Positions 40,430-50,792 are shown, counted from the first letter of the stretch. The stretch is 64,000 nt of DNA from Candidatus Thalassarchaeum betae (GCA_003193925.1 PSPG01000008.1:73848-137847), one strand, 5' to 3'. Program-made: numbers and translations. Notes: generated by a model not told the origin, from the sequence alone.

Positions 40430-41444
40430 GGGCCTTGGCCACGGCCCTCGCGGAATCCACCGCGGCATCACTCAGATGGTGCTCCGACTCGACATGACAG
40501 CCGGCCAGTCCTATGCCGTTCTCGAGGAACATGGTGCCGCCGACCCGTTCGCTGCGCGAGCATGGATGGAGCATTATTGAGGTCGTAGAACGACGCGCTG
40601 CGGCCATCCCTCGCCACCCTGAGCAGCGCGAGTCGAGGAACTCCTTGATGCCCTCGAGCGCGGCGTCCCCATCACCCTTGAGGCAGACTGCGTGCAGGAT
40701 GGTGCACTCCGAAGCCTCAGCGCCCTCGGGTACCCTGTCATCGGCTGTCACATCGATGGCGATGATGCCGCTCTCAGCCTCGAACAGGCCGGAGTAGGGT
40801 CGCATCGGCCTGCCCTCGAGCGCTACGTCCAGCGCGGCGACTCGATGCTCGTTGCACTCCCAGAGCGGCGATGCGTCGAGGCCGGCGGACTCGAGCAGCC
40901 TCGCGCTCTCGGCGGGTGGGACCGCGAGGATGACCGCATCGCACTCGACATCGTTGTCCGCGATGCGAACGGAGCGGACTCGCCTGTCCGCTCCGAGGAG
41001 GATAGACTCGGCGCTCTTTCCGGTATCGAACATCACATCGAGCTGGTTCGCGCCGACGATCAGTCGGCCGACCAGGCTCGACCAGCCGCCTCGCGGTATC
41101 ACCAGTTGGCCCGGCCTGCGTACCTCCTCTGAGCCCAGAGACATTGTGGCGAGTGCGGTCATGGCGCTCTTGCCGTCGCCGCCGATCTCCAGCATCCCAT
41201 CCTGCGGCCACTTGGATCCGAGTACACGTGGTGCGCGGAGTTTCCTCAGCAGCTGGTTCAGGGGGCCCTTGCGCCTCAGGAGATGGAGACCGGGGTCAAG
41301 GAGCCACTCCCCGGAGTCGCGCAGCCTGACACGGCCGCCCAAAGTGTCCCTCGACTCGACTAGCAGCACAGTGGCTCCGTCGGCCGCCAGTTGGACCGCT
41401 GCTGCCAATCCCGCGACTCCGCCGCCGATGACAACGCTGCGCAT
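40413..41444 (-). CDS. FAD-dependent oxidoreductase (amine oxidase/phytoene desaturase-like)
   Basis: VIGGGVAGLAAA...ESRDTLGGR; PRGGW; DAVILAVP. Confidence 0.8.
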   Translation of the reverse strand: MRSVVIGGGVAGLAAAVQLAADGATVLLVESRDTLGGRVRLRDSGEWLLDPGLHLLRRKGPLNQLLRKLRAPRVLGSKWPQDGMLEIGGDGKSAMTALATMSLGSEEVRRPGQLVIPRGGWSSLVGRLIVGANQLDVMFDTGKSAESILLGADRRVRSVRIADNDVECDAVILAVPPAESARLLESAGLDASPLWECNEHRVAALDVALEGRPMRPYSGLFEAESGIIAIDVTADDRVPEGAEASECTILHAVCLKGDGDAALEGIKEFLDSRCSGWRGMAAARRSTTSIMLHPCSRSERVGGTMFLENGIGLAGCHVESEHHLSDAAVDSARAVAKALKPRR

Positions 41445-41473
41445 CTGCCGGTTTCAGGGGGGAGGATGGTAAA

Positions 41474-42457
41474 ATGTCGTTTCGGACCATTGAAGGCGGG
41501 GTTGTGACACGTCATGGCGTGGCCACACTGCCTCACGACCGCTCCACCCTCCTCTGGTCGGAGGATGGCCCAACCCCGCTCTTCCTCGATTCAATCGACA
41601 GGTGGGTCGATGCAATGGTAGCCGACGAGCACGGCGGGGGCGATGGGCCCGACGGGCTCGTCGAGGCCAGGGTCGTGGCGAAGGCTTCGGGCGTCCTGTG
41701 CGGCCGCCCGGTGGCCGAGCGCTTGCTTGCAAGGCACCTCTCAGGGTGCTCGGCAGAGTGGGGGGCCAGCGAGGGTGGCCCTGTGGAGGAGGGTCGGACG
41801 GTACTGGTCCTGCACGGGCCGGCCAATGAGATTCTCCGAATTGAGCGGACCCTGCTCAATCTCTTGGGAAGGCTGTCCGGAATCGCCTCAAACACGACTC
41901 AGTGGGCCGAATCAGCCGGCTCGATGTGCATCGCAGCCACTCGCAAGACCGAATGGGGGCTGCTCGACAAGTGGGCCATTCACATCGGCGGAGGGCTGAC
42001 CCACAGGCTCGACCGCAGCGATGCATTGATGCTCAAGGAGAACGACATCGCGGCTGAGATGGGCGAAGGCGAGAGCGAGCTCGCAGCGATGAGACGAATG
42101 GTCTCCTCGGTAGACATGAAGCAGCATGCCGGGTTCACCGTGGTCGAGGTTCGCAGCGTCGAGCAGGCTGTCGCCGCAGCAGCCGCCTGGGACGCCTCGC
42201 AGCGCGCACGGGGAGGCGACGAGCGAGTCGTGCTGCTACTCGACAACATGGGCTCTGAGGGCGCTTCTGATGCAGGCACTGCCCTGAGCGAGCGCGGCTT
42301 GCGCCAGCGCTGCGTGCTGGAGGGCTCGGGCGGAGTGAGCCTCGACTCACTGGGTGATTGGGCTGCCAGCGGCGTCGATCTGGTGTCCTCGAGCGCTTTG
42401 AACCGCGGCGTGGAACCACTCGACCTGTCTATGCTGATTGGCGCCGGAGGAGATTGA
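41474..42457 (+). CDS. nadC: Quinolinate phosphoribosyltransferase
   Basis: ERTLLNLL, TRKT, HRLDRSDALMLKEN, LLDNM, EGSGG, LDLSM. Confidence 0.88.
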   Translation: MSFRTIEGGVVTRHGVATLPHDRSTLLWSEDGPTPLFLDSIDRWVDAMVADEHGGGDGPDGLVEARVVAKASGVLCGRPVAERLLARHLSGCSAEWGASEGGPVEEGRTVLVLHGPANEILRIERTLLNLLGRLSGIASNTTQWAESAGSMCIAATRKTEWGLLDKWAIHIGGGLTHRLDRSDALMLKENDIAAEMGEGESELAAMRRMVSSVDMKQHAGFTVVEVRSVEQAVAAAAAWDASQRARGGDERVVLLLDNMGSEGASDAGTALSERGLRQRCVLEGSGGVSLDSLGDWAASGVDLVSSSALNRGVEPLDLSMLIGAGGD

Positions 42458-43243
42458 ATGGGCGAGATACCTGAGAGCCACCCTCGACGCTCCTCGCTGC
42501 TGGCGAGGCAGAAGCTGGTCGACGCCGCAGCCGAGGGGCTGCTGGCGGACTCAGCGATGATAGCCCACGGCCGCGGCGAGGCTTTCGACTATCTGCTGGG
42601 CGAGCAGACCTCGGACTCGGCCAGAAGCGCGATTCGCGAGGCGTCGGCCAGACTGCTGACCGCCGAACGACCTGTCATCTCGGTCAACGGTAACACAGTG
42701 GTGCTTGCTGGCGAGGACCTGATCCGCGTCGCAGCCGTCGTCGGCTGCCCAATTGAGGTGAACCTGTACTACCGCACTCCCGAGAGGATCGCCAGACTGC
42801 TGACGAGGCTGGCGGAGCAGCGTGCCTCGGTCGCAGGTGGGCCGGCCCCTGACGGCTGGTCCGAGGACTGGGCGAAGGCTGTCAGCTCGGTCGCCCTGCT
42901 GGGTGATGGGGCGGATGGCAGCATCGAGGGGCTGGAGGGGGCTCGGGCTATATGCTGCACAAACGGCATCGGCAGTGCCGACATCGTACTGGTGCCACTC
43001 GAGGACGGAGATAGGTGCGAGGCGCTCGTCGAGATGGGCAAGCAGGTCGTGGTCATCGACCTCAACCCTCTTTCGCGCACATCGAGGATGGCCACGGTCA
43101 CCATCGTGGACGAGGTTACGAGAGCCGCGACTGCTTTGGTTGATGAGGTCGTCTCGGGGCATGCGGCGCAGGGCGACTGGGACAATCGAGCCGCCTTGAG
43201 CGAAGCTCTCGACATCATCGCAGGTGCTTCCGCGGGTGAATGA
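42458..43243 (+). CDS. Archaeal phosphopantothenate synthetase
   Basis: IPESHPR, IAHGRGEAFDYLLGE, SVNGN, VPLEDGDR, IDLNPLSRT. Confidence 0.93.
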   Translation: MGEIPESHPRRSSLLARQKLVDAAAEGLLADSAMIAHGRGEAFDYLLGEQTSDSARSAIREASARLLTAERPVISVNGNTVVLAGEDLIRVAAVVGCPIEVNLYYRTPERIARLLTRLAEQRASVAGGPAPDGWSEDWAKAVSSVALLGDGADGSIEGLEGARAICCTNGIGSADIVLVPLEDGDRCEALVEMGKQVVVIDLNPLSRTSRMATVTIVDEVTRAATALVDEVVSGHAAQGDWDNRAALSEALDIIAGASAGE

Positions 43244-44434
43244 TCAAGCAGATGCGAACTTCTCTGCGAGGAGGACGGCGCATCGCTCGGCGATGGCCTG
43301 GCCGACCTCAGAGGTGGATGCCGTTCCTCCAAGGTCGTAGGTCACAGCGCCACCGTCTGCGAGATGATTGGCTATCGCCTTCTCGAGGATGTCGGCGCAC
43401 ATTATCGCATCAGCGTCTCCATGTCGAACTCCGAGGCTGTCGAACATCAAATGGACCGAGGAGATGGCTGCAATTGGGTTGACCTTGTTCATACCGGCGT
43501 ACTTGGGAGACGAGCCGTGAACCGGCTCGAACAGCATGTGCTCATCACCGATATTGGCGCTGGCTGCCATTCCCATCCCGCCCTGCAGGACGGAGGCTAG
43601 GTCGGTGGCGATATCACCGAACATGTTCGGCAGGACTACGACGTCTAGGTCCTCGGGGTCGCGAACTAACCACATGGTGAACGCGTCGATATAGGCCTCA
43701 TTGGACTCGATGTCCTCATACTGCTCCGATACCTCGTTGAAGACCTTCCTGAACAGGCGGCATCCCCGCAGGACGTTGCTCTTATCCACACAGGTCACCT
43801 TCTGCGGAATGCCCATGCGAGACTTGCGCCGCTTGGCGATTTCGAAAGCGAATCTGATGACGCGCTCGCTGCCGGCACGCGATATCGGCCTCGGGTCCCA
43901 TGACACCTCTCCGTCGAGGCCGGGAAAACCGTCAATCATAATCGGGTCGTCCTTGGCACCGACCGCGCGTTGGGCCGAGCGTCGCAGAAGGCTGTGGTAG
44001 AGGCCTTCCGTGTTCTCGCGGACGAACACCATGTCGACAAGGTCGGGGTCCCACACGTTGGTGTGGACGCCGTGCACCTTGTGCTGGACGCCATCGTAGA
44101 GTTTGACCGGCCTGATGTTGGCGTACAGGTCCAGTCCGGAGCGCAGCCCCAGTATGACCTGTCCACCGGCCAAGTCACCGTTACTGAGCCGGGCGCCGGG
44201 CCATCCGATGGCACCAAGGAGAATCGCGTCGGAGTTGTCCCTGCAGTGCTCGAAGGATCCCTCGGGCCACTCCTCGCCGGTCTCAAGGAAGTACTGTCCA
44301 CCGCACGGAATCTCCGTGATGTCGAAAGACAACGGGCTGTGCTCCTCGAATACCTCGATGATGCGTCTGGCCTCGGCAATGACCTCGCGACCAGTGCCAT
44401 CGCCGGGCAGGACAGTCAGGCGGTACTTGCTCAC
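43244..44434 (-). CDS. Isocitrate/isopropylmalate dehydrogenase family protein
   Basis: LPGDGTG, RENTEGLY, DKSNV, NMFGDI, FEPVHGS. Confidence 0.92.
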   Translation of the reverse strand: MSKYRLTVLPGDGTGREVIAEARRIIEVFEEHSPLSFDITEIPCGGQYFLETGEEWPEGSFEHCRDNSDAILLGAIGWPGARLSNGDLAGGQVILGLRSGLDLYANIRPVKLYDGVQHKVHGVHTNVWDPDLVDMVFVRENTEGLYHSLLRRSAQRAVGAKDDPIMIDGFPGLDGEVSWDPRPISRAGSERVIRFAFEIAKRRKSRMGIPQKVTCVDKSNVLRGCRLFRKVFNEVSEQYEDIESNEAYIDAFTMWLVRDPEDLDVVVLPNMFGDIATDLASVLQGGMGMAASANIGDEHMLFEPVHGSSPKYAGMNKVNPIAAISSVHLMFDSLGVRHGDADAIMCADILEKAIANHLADGGAVTYDLGGTASTSEVGQAIAERCAVLLAEKFASA

Positions 44435-44532
44435 GGTTGGGGCACTTGCTTTTCATTCATCAACCCAACCCCCGATTTCCCTCTGGTTCTGGATGACATA
44501 ATTGATAGACGGTCAACACGAACCAACGTCCC

Positions 44533-45135
44533 ATGGACCGTACGCCCGATGACGGAAGTGGTAGCCCACGAATAGACGTCAGAGCCTTGCCTGACTCAGT
44601 TGCGAGGCTGTGGGAGACCATGCTCAGGCTCGACCCCTCCTGGGACCTCGCCGATTGGCTGGACGAGCGAGCTAACGAGGAGCTTGAACTCGTCGACGGG
44701 CACTTGGGTCGAGAACGCCTGAGGCTGGAGCAGCGGCTGCATCGCATCGAGACTCTGGTCAAGCGCCTGAGGCGGCAGAGGGAGGTCGCCGAGCGAGCCA
44801 CTTGGACCGACCCCCATCAGAGGAATCTCTTCGACGTCTACGAGAAGGAGGGTGCTGAGGAGGTGGAGGAGGACCTCAATGGCTTCCCTGCAATCGACTT
44901 CGGGTCTCTCGGAGCGGAGGACGACCCGTTGCTGGCGATTGTCGCAGAGCACGTCATCAGCATAATCGAGCGGGCTTGCGCCGAAGGTCCCGAGCCAGTT
45001 CACTACGACCTCTTCGTGGATGAGTTGAATCCCATCGGAATTAGGCCAGACGAGGTTGACGAGGCTGTGGCCTGGCTGCTGCAGAGGAGAGTCGTCATCG
45101 AGTTGGGCGAGGACTGCTTTGGGATGGCCTCCTGA
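44533..45135 (+). CDS. Hypothetical: coiled coil, PIP-like motif, C-terminal winged helix
   Basis: RLRLEQRLHRIETLVKRL; QRNLFDVY; EVDEAVAWLLQRRVVIE. Confidence 0.65.
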   Translation: MDRTPDDGSGSPRIDVRALPDSVARLWETMLRLDPSWDLADWLDERANEELELVDGHLGRERLRLEQRLHRIETLVKRLRRQREVAERATWTDPHQRNLFDVYEKEGAEEVEEDLNGFPAIDFGSLGAEDDPLLAIVAEHVISIIERACAEGPEPVHYDLFVDELNPIGIRPDEVDEAVAWLLQRRVVIELGEDCFGMAS

Positions 45136-45211
45136 GTTTCCCGATTCGGGGCTCCCAACGGACAACCGTTCCCTTCAAAGAAGGGCGTCCTGTCGCGATG
45201 GCCGTAGTACC

Positions 45212-47191
45212 ATGGCAAGTGATGCATCGGGATGGTACGCGCGCCTCGATCACGAGTGCTCTGACAGGCTCGAGCAGCTCTCTGTGTGGCTCGATTCCTG
45301 GGAGGAGGCGATCAGGCACCGGCTGCCGATTGCAGCCACTCTGCCCAGCCACTGGCCCATCCTGCCTGCCGGGCTCCTCTCCGATCCCGGAGCGGTCCTC
45401 GAGCACCTGCTCTCCAGACATGAGGCAGAGCGTGACGGCAGGTCGCCCAGAGGCGCCCACTCGACCCCGGGAAGGCTCATTGAGTCCATACTCGCGGACG
45501 AGTTGAAGAACACCCAGCGCAAGGCGAGGAAGGCTCCGCCTGCGACCTTGTCGCTAGCTGCCATGCCCCGGGGCTTCTGGGCCTATGCCGAGCGCTTCAA
45601 CGAGAATGTGGTCGGGGGCTCGGGTGATTCGGAGGAAGTTTCCCAGGATGACGGAGCGCAGACTCGCTCGGGGATACCCATCCCATTCGCCGACCCTGCG
45701 GTCGGAGGTGGCGTCGTCCCATCGCGAGCGATCAGAATCCACGTCCTGCGCAGCGACGGTTACGATGCCTGCGAGATACGCGAAGACACTCGCAGACTGC
45801 TCCAGGGCATGCAGATGGCAGATGCTTCCGAGGCCGCTGTGACATGCACTAGGAGGAGGCTCCTGCTGGTCTTAGCGCGGGCTGGACTGGTCGATCTCGA
45901 TGGCGAGGGCGACGAGTCTAGAATCGGGCGCCGCGAGGCTGAGGCGATCCTAGAGGACGGCGTGCGCTGCGCGGACGTCCTCCGAGGGGAATGGCCGTGG
46001 GACGAGGCGCCGCGCCTGCTGGTCAGCAGGCCGCCCTGGCTGCGCATCAAGGACCGCTTCCGCGGCCACCCCGAAGGCAGCCAGATGCGCAAGGATCTCT
46101 CGAGGGAGTTGCGCGATACGAAGGAGCGCGATGGCAACCTGAGGTTCGCCGCGCTCAGAGGCAACATCAACCTCTACCGGCTGTTCCTCGAACGCTCGAT
46201 GCAACTCGTTCGCGAGGGCTGCAGAATCCGCATGGTCGTCCCTGACGCCCTGCTGCGCGAGAAGAGCAGCATCGCCCTCCGCAAGCTGATGGTCGAGAGG
46301 AACGAATGGAGCTCCTCCTGGTCCTTCCCAGAGCCTCAGAGGGTCTTCCCGGGAGCCTCTCAGGGTGTTCTGGTAGTGGGGGTCACAGTCGGTGGCAGCA
46401 CCGAGATGATGACTAGCTTCAGCCCTCTCGAAGTCAATGAAATCTCACCCAATTCGGGCCTCGACAACAAGGCGCCGTTCCTGGAGTTGGAGCGCGGGCC
46501 CTGGTCAGTCTGGACCGACATGTCCTGGGCCGTCCCCAAGATGCCGCGAGACCCCTACCTGCGGCGAGCCGTGCTCAAGGCTATCGATGAACTCGCCGAC
46601 CAGCCGCGTCTGGGCGAGGAAGGCAACTGGCTCAACCCCAACGGCAAGCCGATTCGGGTGCGGGTCGGGGAAATCGACCAGACGAACTGGTCGTCCAACA
46701 TCAGCGACTGGAAGATTGGCTCCGGGGGAGTTCCGTTCATCCGAGGTGCGCACTTCTGCCTCGAGGACGGTGATGTCAGGATCAACCACCCCGGTTACGA
46801 CACCGAAATCGAGGATGGGGCGATTGAGCGCTCACAGGCTCTGTGGAACGGGCCCATCGAGTCGAGGGGTCATTCCCGAGTTGCTTGCCAAGCCATCGTC
46901 AACGCCCAGAAGGAGCGCCGCCTCCGCTGGGCGGTCGTCCCACCCGACTGCGTGCTTGGCAACTCTGTTAATTTCCTAGAGCTCCCAGAGGGGGTCCTCG
47001 ACAGTTTGGCCGAGGAGCACGGAAGTTTAGACGAGGGACTTCTCTTCGTCGCGGCCCAACTCAATTCAGAGGCTCTCGACCTCTGGTCGAGGGCTTGGGC
47101 TGCTAACAACAACGTGAACAACTACGAAATCGAGAGCCTCCCATTCCCACCTCCGTCTACCGAAAGCGCCCTGAATTACGCTTTGAGGTAG
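45212..47191 (+). CDS. Eco57I/TaqI-like amino-methyltransferase-fold protein with altered catalytic motif
   Basis: GAHSTP (motif X-like), FADPAVGGG (motif I), VSRPPW (motif IV position), NLYRLFLER, QLNS...NVNNYEIESLPFP. Confidence 0.75.
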   Translation: MASDASGWYARLDHECSDRLEQLSVWLDSWEEAIRHRLPIAATLPSHWPILPAGLLSDPGAVLEHLLSRHEAERDGRSPRGAHSTPGRLIESILADELKNTQRKARKAPPATLSLAAMPRGFWAYAERFNENVVGGSGDSEEVSQDDGAQTRSGIPIPFADPAVGGGVVPSRAIRIHVLRSDGYDACEIREDTRRLLQGMQMADASEAAVTCTRRRLLLVLARAGLVDLDGEGDESRIGRREAEAILEDGVRCADVLRGEWPWDEAPRLLVSRPPWLRIKDRFRGHPEGSQMRKDLSRELRDTKERDGNLRFAALRGNINLYRLFLERSMQLVREGCRIRMVVPDALLREKSSIALRKLMVERNEWSSSWSFPEPQRVFPGASQGVLVVGVTVGGSTEMMTSFSPLEVNEISPNSGLDNKAPFLELERGPWSVWTDMSWAVPKMPRDPYLRRAVLKAIDELADQPRLGEEGNWLNPNGKPIRVRVGEIDQTNWSSNISDWKIGSGGVPFIRGAHFCLEDGDVRINHPGYDTEIEDGAIERSQALWNGPIESRGHSRVACQAIVNAQKERRLRWAVVPPDCVLGNSVNFLELPEGVLDSLAEEHGSLDEGLLFVAAQLNSEALDLWSRAWAANNNVNNYEIESLPFPPPSTESALNYALR

Positions 47192-47338
47192 TGAATCGGG
47201 TAGACAGCGTCAATTTGTCGGTAGGATTTTTCCGTATTCCGGATTTATTGATGCGTCTGCACCAAACAGACTATTATCCGAGCGTGCCGTACGGGGAGCG
47301 TTCTATCGCGTTAGCGTTGAATTTAGAGGAAACAAGTT

Positions 47339-47920
47339 ATGGGAGTCCACCCAAAGATCGGTATCACAGGCCTGCCTAGGTCTGGGAAGTCTGCCGTGCT
47401 GGACAAGGTCGTCAGCATGGTCGTCGAGGCGCGTAAGGAGGAATCCCGTGGACGCGGAGGAGGCGGTGAGATGAACATCATCGGAGGGATGAGGACTGAG
47501 GCGATCATCGAGGACGGTGAGCGAGTCGGGTACGCCTGCGTCGACATCTTCTCCGGCGACAAGGGCGTGATTGCCCACCGTGAGATAGACTCGCGAACTA
47601 GAATCCTCGGCTACGGCATAGACCCCAGCGAGGTGGACAGAGTGGGGGTGCCGGCCATCCAAAACGCCATCGGCAACTGCGAGATTATGGTCATCGACGA
47701 GGTCGGCAAGTTCTCCGTCGAGAGCGAGGCCTTCGTCGCAGTTGTGCGGAAGGCATTGGATCACGACATACCCACCCTGCTAACACTGCACAAGAAGAGT
47801 CGCCACCCTCTGCTGCAGGACATCCGCAGACGGGACGACGGGAGAATCCTGGAAGTGACCCCTGTTAACCGGGCCCTTCTACCGTACAAGATTCTCAGAC
47901 TCATCCTAGAGACCTACTGA
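47339..47920 (+). CDS. THEP1-family nucleoside triphosphatase
   Basis: ITGLPRSGKS, VIDEVGK. Confidence 0.9.
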   Translation: MGVHPKIGITGLPRSGKSAVLDKVVSMVVEARKEESRGRGGGGEMNIIGGMRTEAIIEDGERVGYACVDIFSGDKGVIAHREIDSRTRILGYGIDPSEVDRVGVPAIQNAIGNCEIMVIDEVGKFSVESEAFVAVVRKALDHDIPTLLTLHKKSRHPLLQDIRRRDDGRILEVTPVNRALLPYKILRLILETY

Positions 47921-47946
47921 CGCCCGCTCTGCGGTCAACTTGATGC

Positions 47947-48345
47947 ATGGGTGTCCACGCTCGATACTCGATGGACTCACCGGCGAGCCGCGTAGAGAGG
48001 GTACTCATCGGTCTTGCCGTACCCCTGTACCTGCTGACCGCTCTGGCCATCGCCGACGGCAGGATAGTAATCCTGTCCGAATCCAACGTCGACGAGGACT
48101 CGTTTGCGTACGTGTTCCCCGCCCTCGCTGTGCTGGCAACGCTGCTCTATACCTACATCCGAGGTGTGGGCTCACGTCCCCATGGCGATTCCCCTCTCGA
48201 CAGGTGGTTCAGCCGCGAATCCGAGGACGAGATGCGCGAACGACTGAGGCAGGAGCAGATGGAAGCCGATGTCTCCAGCATGGGCTCGGCATGGGCGGAG
48301 AGGGAGAAGGAGCATCTCGAACGCACGCTCGGCGAGGAAGAGTGA
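47947..48345 (+). CDS. Hypothetical two-TM membrane protein
   Basis: Two hydrophobic helices and a charged tail; fills the gap between NTPase and gcvH. Confidence 0.6.
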   Translation: MGVHARYSMDSPASRVERVLIGLAVPLYLLTALAIADGRIVILSESNVDEDSFAYVFPALAVLATLLYTYIRGVGSRPHGDSPLDRWFSRESEDEMRERLRQEQMEADVSSMGSAWAEREKEHLERTLGEEE

Positions 48346-48395
48346 GCATCGAAACCTTCACTCTCCGAGTGCGTCGTGGGCGAGTTGGGCATACC

Positions 48396-48779
48396 ATGGG
48401 CGAAGTTCCGGCGGAGCTGCATTACACCGAGTCGCACGAATGGATCAGGGTCGTGGCCGACGAGGTCACCGTGGGAATCACTGACTTCGCGCAGAATGCT
48501 CTGACAGACGTCGTCTGGGTGGATCTCGCCGAAGTCGGTGCTGCTGTGGATGTCATGGAGCCATGCGCCAGTGTGGAGTCGGTGAAGTCGGTCAGCGAGA
48601 TCTACGCTCCAGTCTCGGGGGACATCGTCGATTCCAATATGGAGCTGGAGGACGCTCCCGAGCGAATCAACGAGGACCCTTACGGCGATGGCTGGATATT
48701 CAGGATGAGCATAGCCGACAGGGCGGATCTCGACGTTCTGCTGGACGCTGCAGCATATACCGCCTTGATTGGGGAATGA
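48396..48779 (+). CDS. gcvH: Glycine cleavage system H protein
   Basis: YTESHEW, GITDFAQ, VESVKSVSEIYAP, NEDPYGDGW. Confidence 0.95.
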   Translation: MGEVPAELHYTESHEWIRVVADEVTVGITDFAQNALTDVVWVDLAEVGAAVDVMEPCASVESVKSVSEIYAPVSGDIVDSNMELEDAPERINEDPYGDGWIFRMSIADRADLDVLLDAAAYTALIGE

Positions 48780-49321
48780 AGATGACTGCATCCCACCCAC
48801 TGTACATCTACGTAGATGGCTCCTGTGAGGAGAACAAAAACGTCACCGCCGACACGCCCGCGGGATGGGGATTCTGTGTGATATCAGGTGACAACGGAGT
48901 CGGACGAGGCGGCGGGGACGTCGTCTTCGAGAGGAGCGGGGCGGTCGTCACCGACGAGGCTTCTGAGGGATACCTCGGAGCCGAAGTCGGCTCGAACAAC
49001 ACGGCCGAGCTGAGCGCCATCGCGCAAGCCATGAGATGGCTTCTGACCGATGGTGGCAGCCATGCCGTAGTCATCCGCGGAGACTCCCAGTACGCTCTCA
49101 ACATAGGCTCGGCGGTATGGAGGGCGAAGGCAAACAGGGACCTCGCGCTGTCTGTTCAGGCCCTATGGGCCGAAGTCTCCTCCCTGCGCTCATTGACACC
49201 CGAGCACATCCGCGCGCACCGGGGGCACCGTTGGAACGAGCGCGCCGACCACCTCGCGTTCCGAGCGATGCAGGGTGAGAACGCGCTGCCCCTGCAATTC
49301 TGGAAACCCGGGCGTCGCTGA
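48776..49321 (+). CDS. rnhA: Ribonuclease HI
   Basis: YVDGSC, NNTAELSA, GDSQY, HIRAHRG..NERADHLA; ATGA overlap with gcvH stop. Confidence 0.9.
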   Translation: MKMTASHPLYIYVDGSCEENKNVTADTPAGWGFCVISGDNGVGRGGGDVVFERSGAVVTDEASEGYLGAEVGSNNTAELSAIAQAMRWLLTDGGSHAVVIRGDSQYALNIGSAVWRAKANRDLALSVQALWAEVSSLRSLTPEHIRAHRGHRWNERADHLAFRAMQGENALPLQFWKPGRR

Positions 49322-49738
49322 CTACTCCTGATCTGCCAGCGGCCCGATGCTCAGCATCACGTAGACGGCTTGGAGCACCATCAGCAAGCCGATGAGCGTC
49401 AGAACCAGACCCGCGGGGTCGGGCATGTGGTCCTGCAGCGGGTTGCCCGTGAGCCATGCGAGAGCGATTGTAACGATGCCGACGCCGAGAAGCTTCCTAG
49501 ACGAGCCCGATGGATCCTTCCAGAGGTCCATCCACGGAATCAGGCCCTTCCGCTTGAAGGTCACACGATACCAAGCGACGTAGAGCAATGCCAACCCGGT
49601 CAGCCCGATTACCCCCAAGGTGAATGATTCCGAGTCCCAGGGACCGGCCGGTGCGAGGTCGATAAGCAGTGTGTCGAGCATCATCAGCGCGCCCAATACT
49701 GCGTGGGGCCGCCATTCGGGCGCCACTTGCTCGGCCAT
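49322..49738 (-). CDS. Hypothetical membrane protein (about 4 TM)
   Basis: Hydrophobic segments; ATG 49738. Confidence 0.65.
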   Translation of the reverse strand: MAEQVAPEWRPHAVLGALMMLDTLLIDLAPAGPWDSESFTLGVIGLTGLALLYVAWYRVTFKRKGLIPWMDLWKDPSGSSRKLLGVGIVTIALAWLTGNPLQDHMPDPAGLVLTLIGLLMVLQAVYVMLSIGPLADQE

Positions 49739-49820
49739 GCTGTCACGAGGCGGGCCTACGGCTTGAAATCGCCGTAGCGATGATGTCTTCAAGACCACCC
49801 CGCAGGCGCTGGTGAGGCAC

Positions 49821-50771
49821 ATGGGGTACGCAATCGGGTTCAGCGACGTGCAGGCCGCTGCAGAGAGGGTCAGAGGCACCGTCAAGCGGACTGCCGTGGT
49901 TTCCTCAGAGGATCTCAACGAGATGGCGGGCCGAGAAGTCCTGCTGAAGTGCGAGAACCTGCAGCACGTTGGCGCCTTCAAGTTCCGCGGCGCCACGAAC
50001 GCGGTGAAGATGCTCGGTGAAGAGGCTGAGAACGGTGTCTGCACTCACAGCAGCGGCAATCATGCCCAGGCACTGGCCCTCGCAGCGAAGCAGAGGGGGA
50101 TCCCGGCCTACATCGTGATGCCGGAGACCGCTCCCCGGGTCAAGGTGGCTGGAGTAGAGAGCCATGATGCCGAGATAACCTTCTGCGAACCTACACTTGC
50201 AGCGAGGGAAGCGACGGCTGCAGATGTGATTGAGCGGACCAATGCGACTCTGGTGCACCCCTACGACGACCCGAACGTCATCGCGGGGCAGGGTACGGCC
50301 GCGATGGAGCTCTTCGAGCAGGCGGGCCCGGTGGATGCGATGATCGCCCCCGTGGGCGGTGGTGGACTGATGTCGGGGACTTGCATCACCACGCGGGCTC
50401 TGCTCCCGGAGACCAGACTATTCGGGGTCGAGCCGGAGGGGGCGGACGACGCTGCCCGCTCGCTGGCCGCTGGCGAGTACATCCCCCAAACGGGCCCAGA
50501 CACCATCTGCGACGGTCTGCTGACCAGTATGGGGCAATTGACCTGGCCGATACTGAAGGACCATCTCGAGGACATCATCACGGTCAGCGATGACGAGGTT
50601 ATCGAGGCCATGCGGCTTCTGCTCAAGCACCTAGGGATGGTAGTCGAGCCCAGCGGCGCGACGACACTCGCGGCAATACTGAGACCCGAGTTCAGGGCGC
50701 TCGAAGGAATCGACAGAGTGGGGCTCATACTATCGGGTGGCAATGTGGACCCAGGAGCAATCGCCTACTAG
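49821..50771 (+). CDS. PLP-dependent threonine/serine dehydratase or serine racemase family
   Basis: KCENLQHVGAFKFRGA, SSGNHAQ, PVGGGGL, VEPSGA, LSGGN. Confidence 0.92.
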   Translation: MGYAIGFSDVQAAAERVRGTVKRTAVVSSEDLNEMAGREVLLKCENLQHVGAFKFRGATNAVKMLGEEAENGVCTHSSGNHAQALALAAKQRGIPAYIVMPETAPRVKVAGVESHDAEITFCEPTLAAREATAADVIERTNATLVHPYDDPNVIAGQGTAAMELFEQAGPVDAMIAPVGGGGLMSGTCITTRALLPETRLFGVEPEGADDAARSLAAGEYIPQTGPDTICDGLLTSMGQLTWPILKDHLEDIITVSDDEVIEAMRLLLKHLGMVVEPSGATTLAAILRPEFRALEGIDRVGLILSGGNVDPGAIAY

Positions 50772-50792
50772 GGCGGTCGCTGAGACCGAAGA

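Noticed and set aside
45056-47191. Active restriction-modification system
   Set aside because: Catalytic motif IV is altered and no endonuclease domain or partner gene is recognisable.
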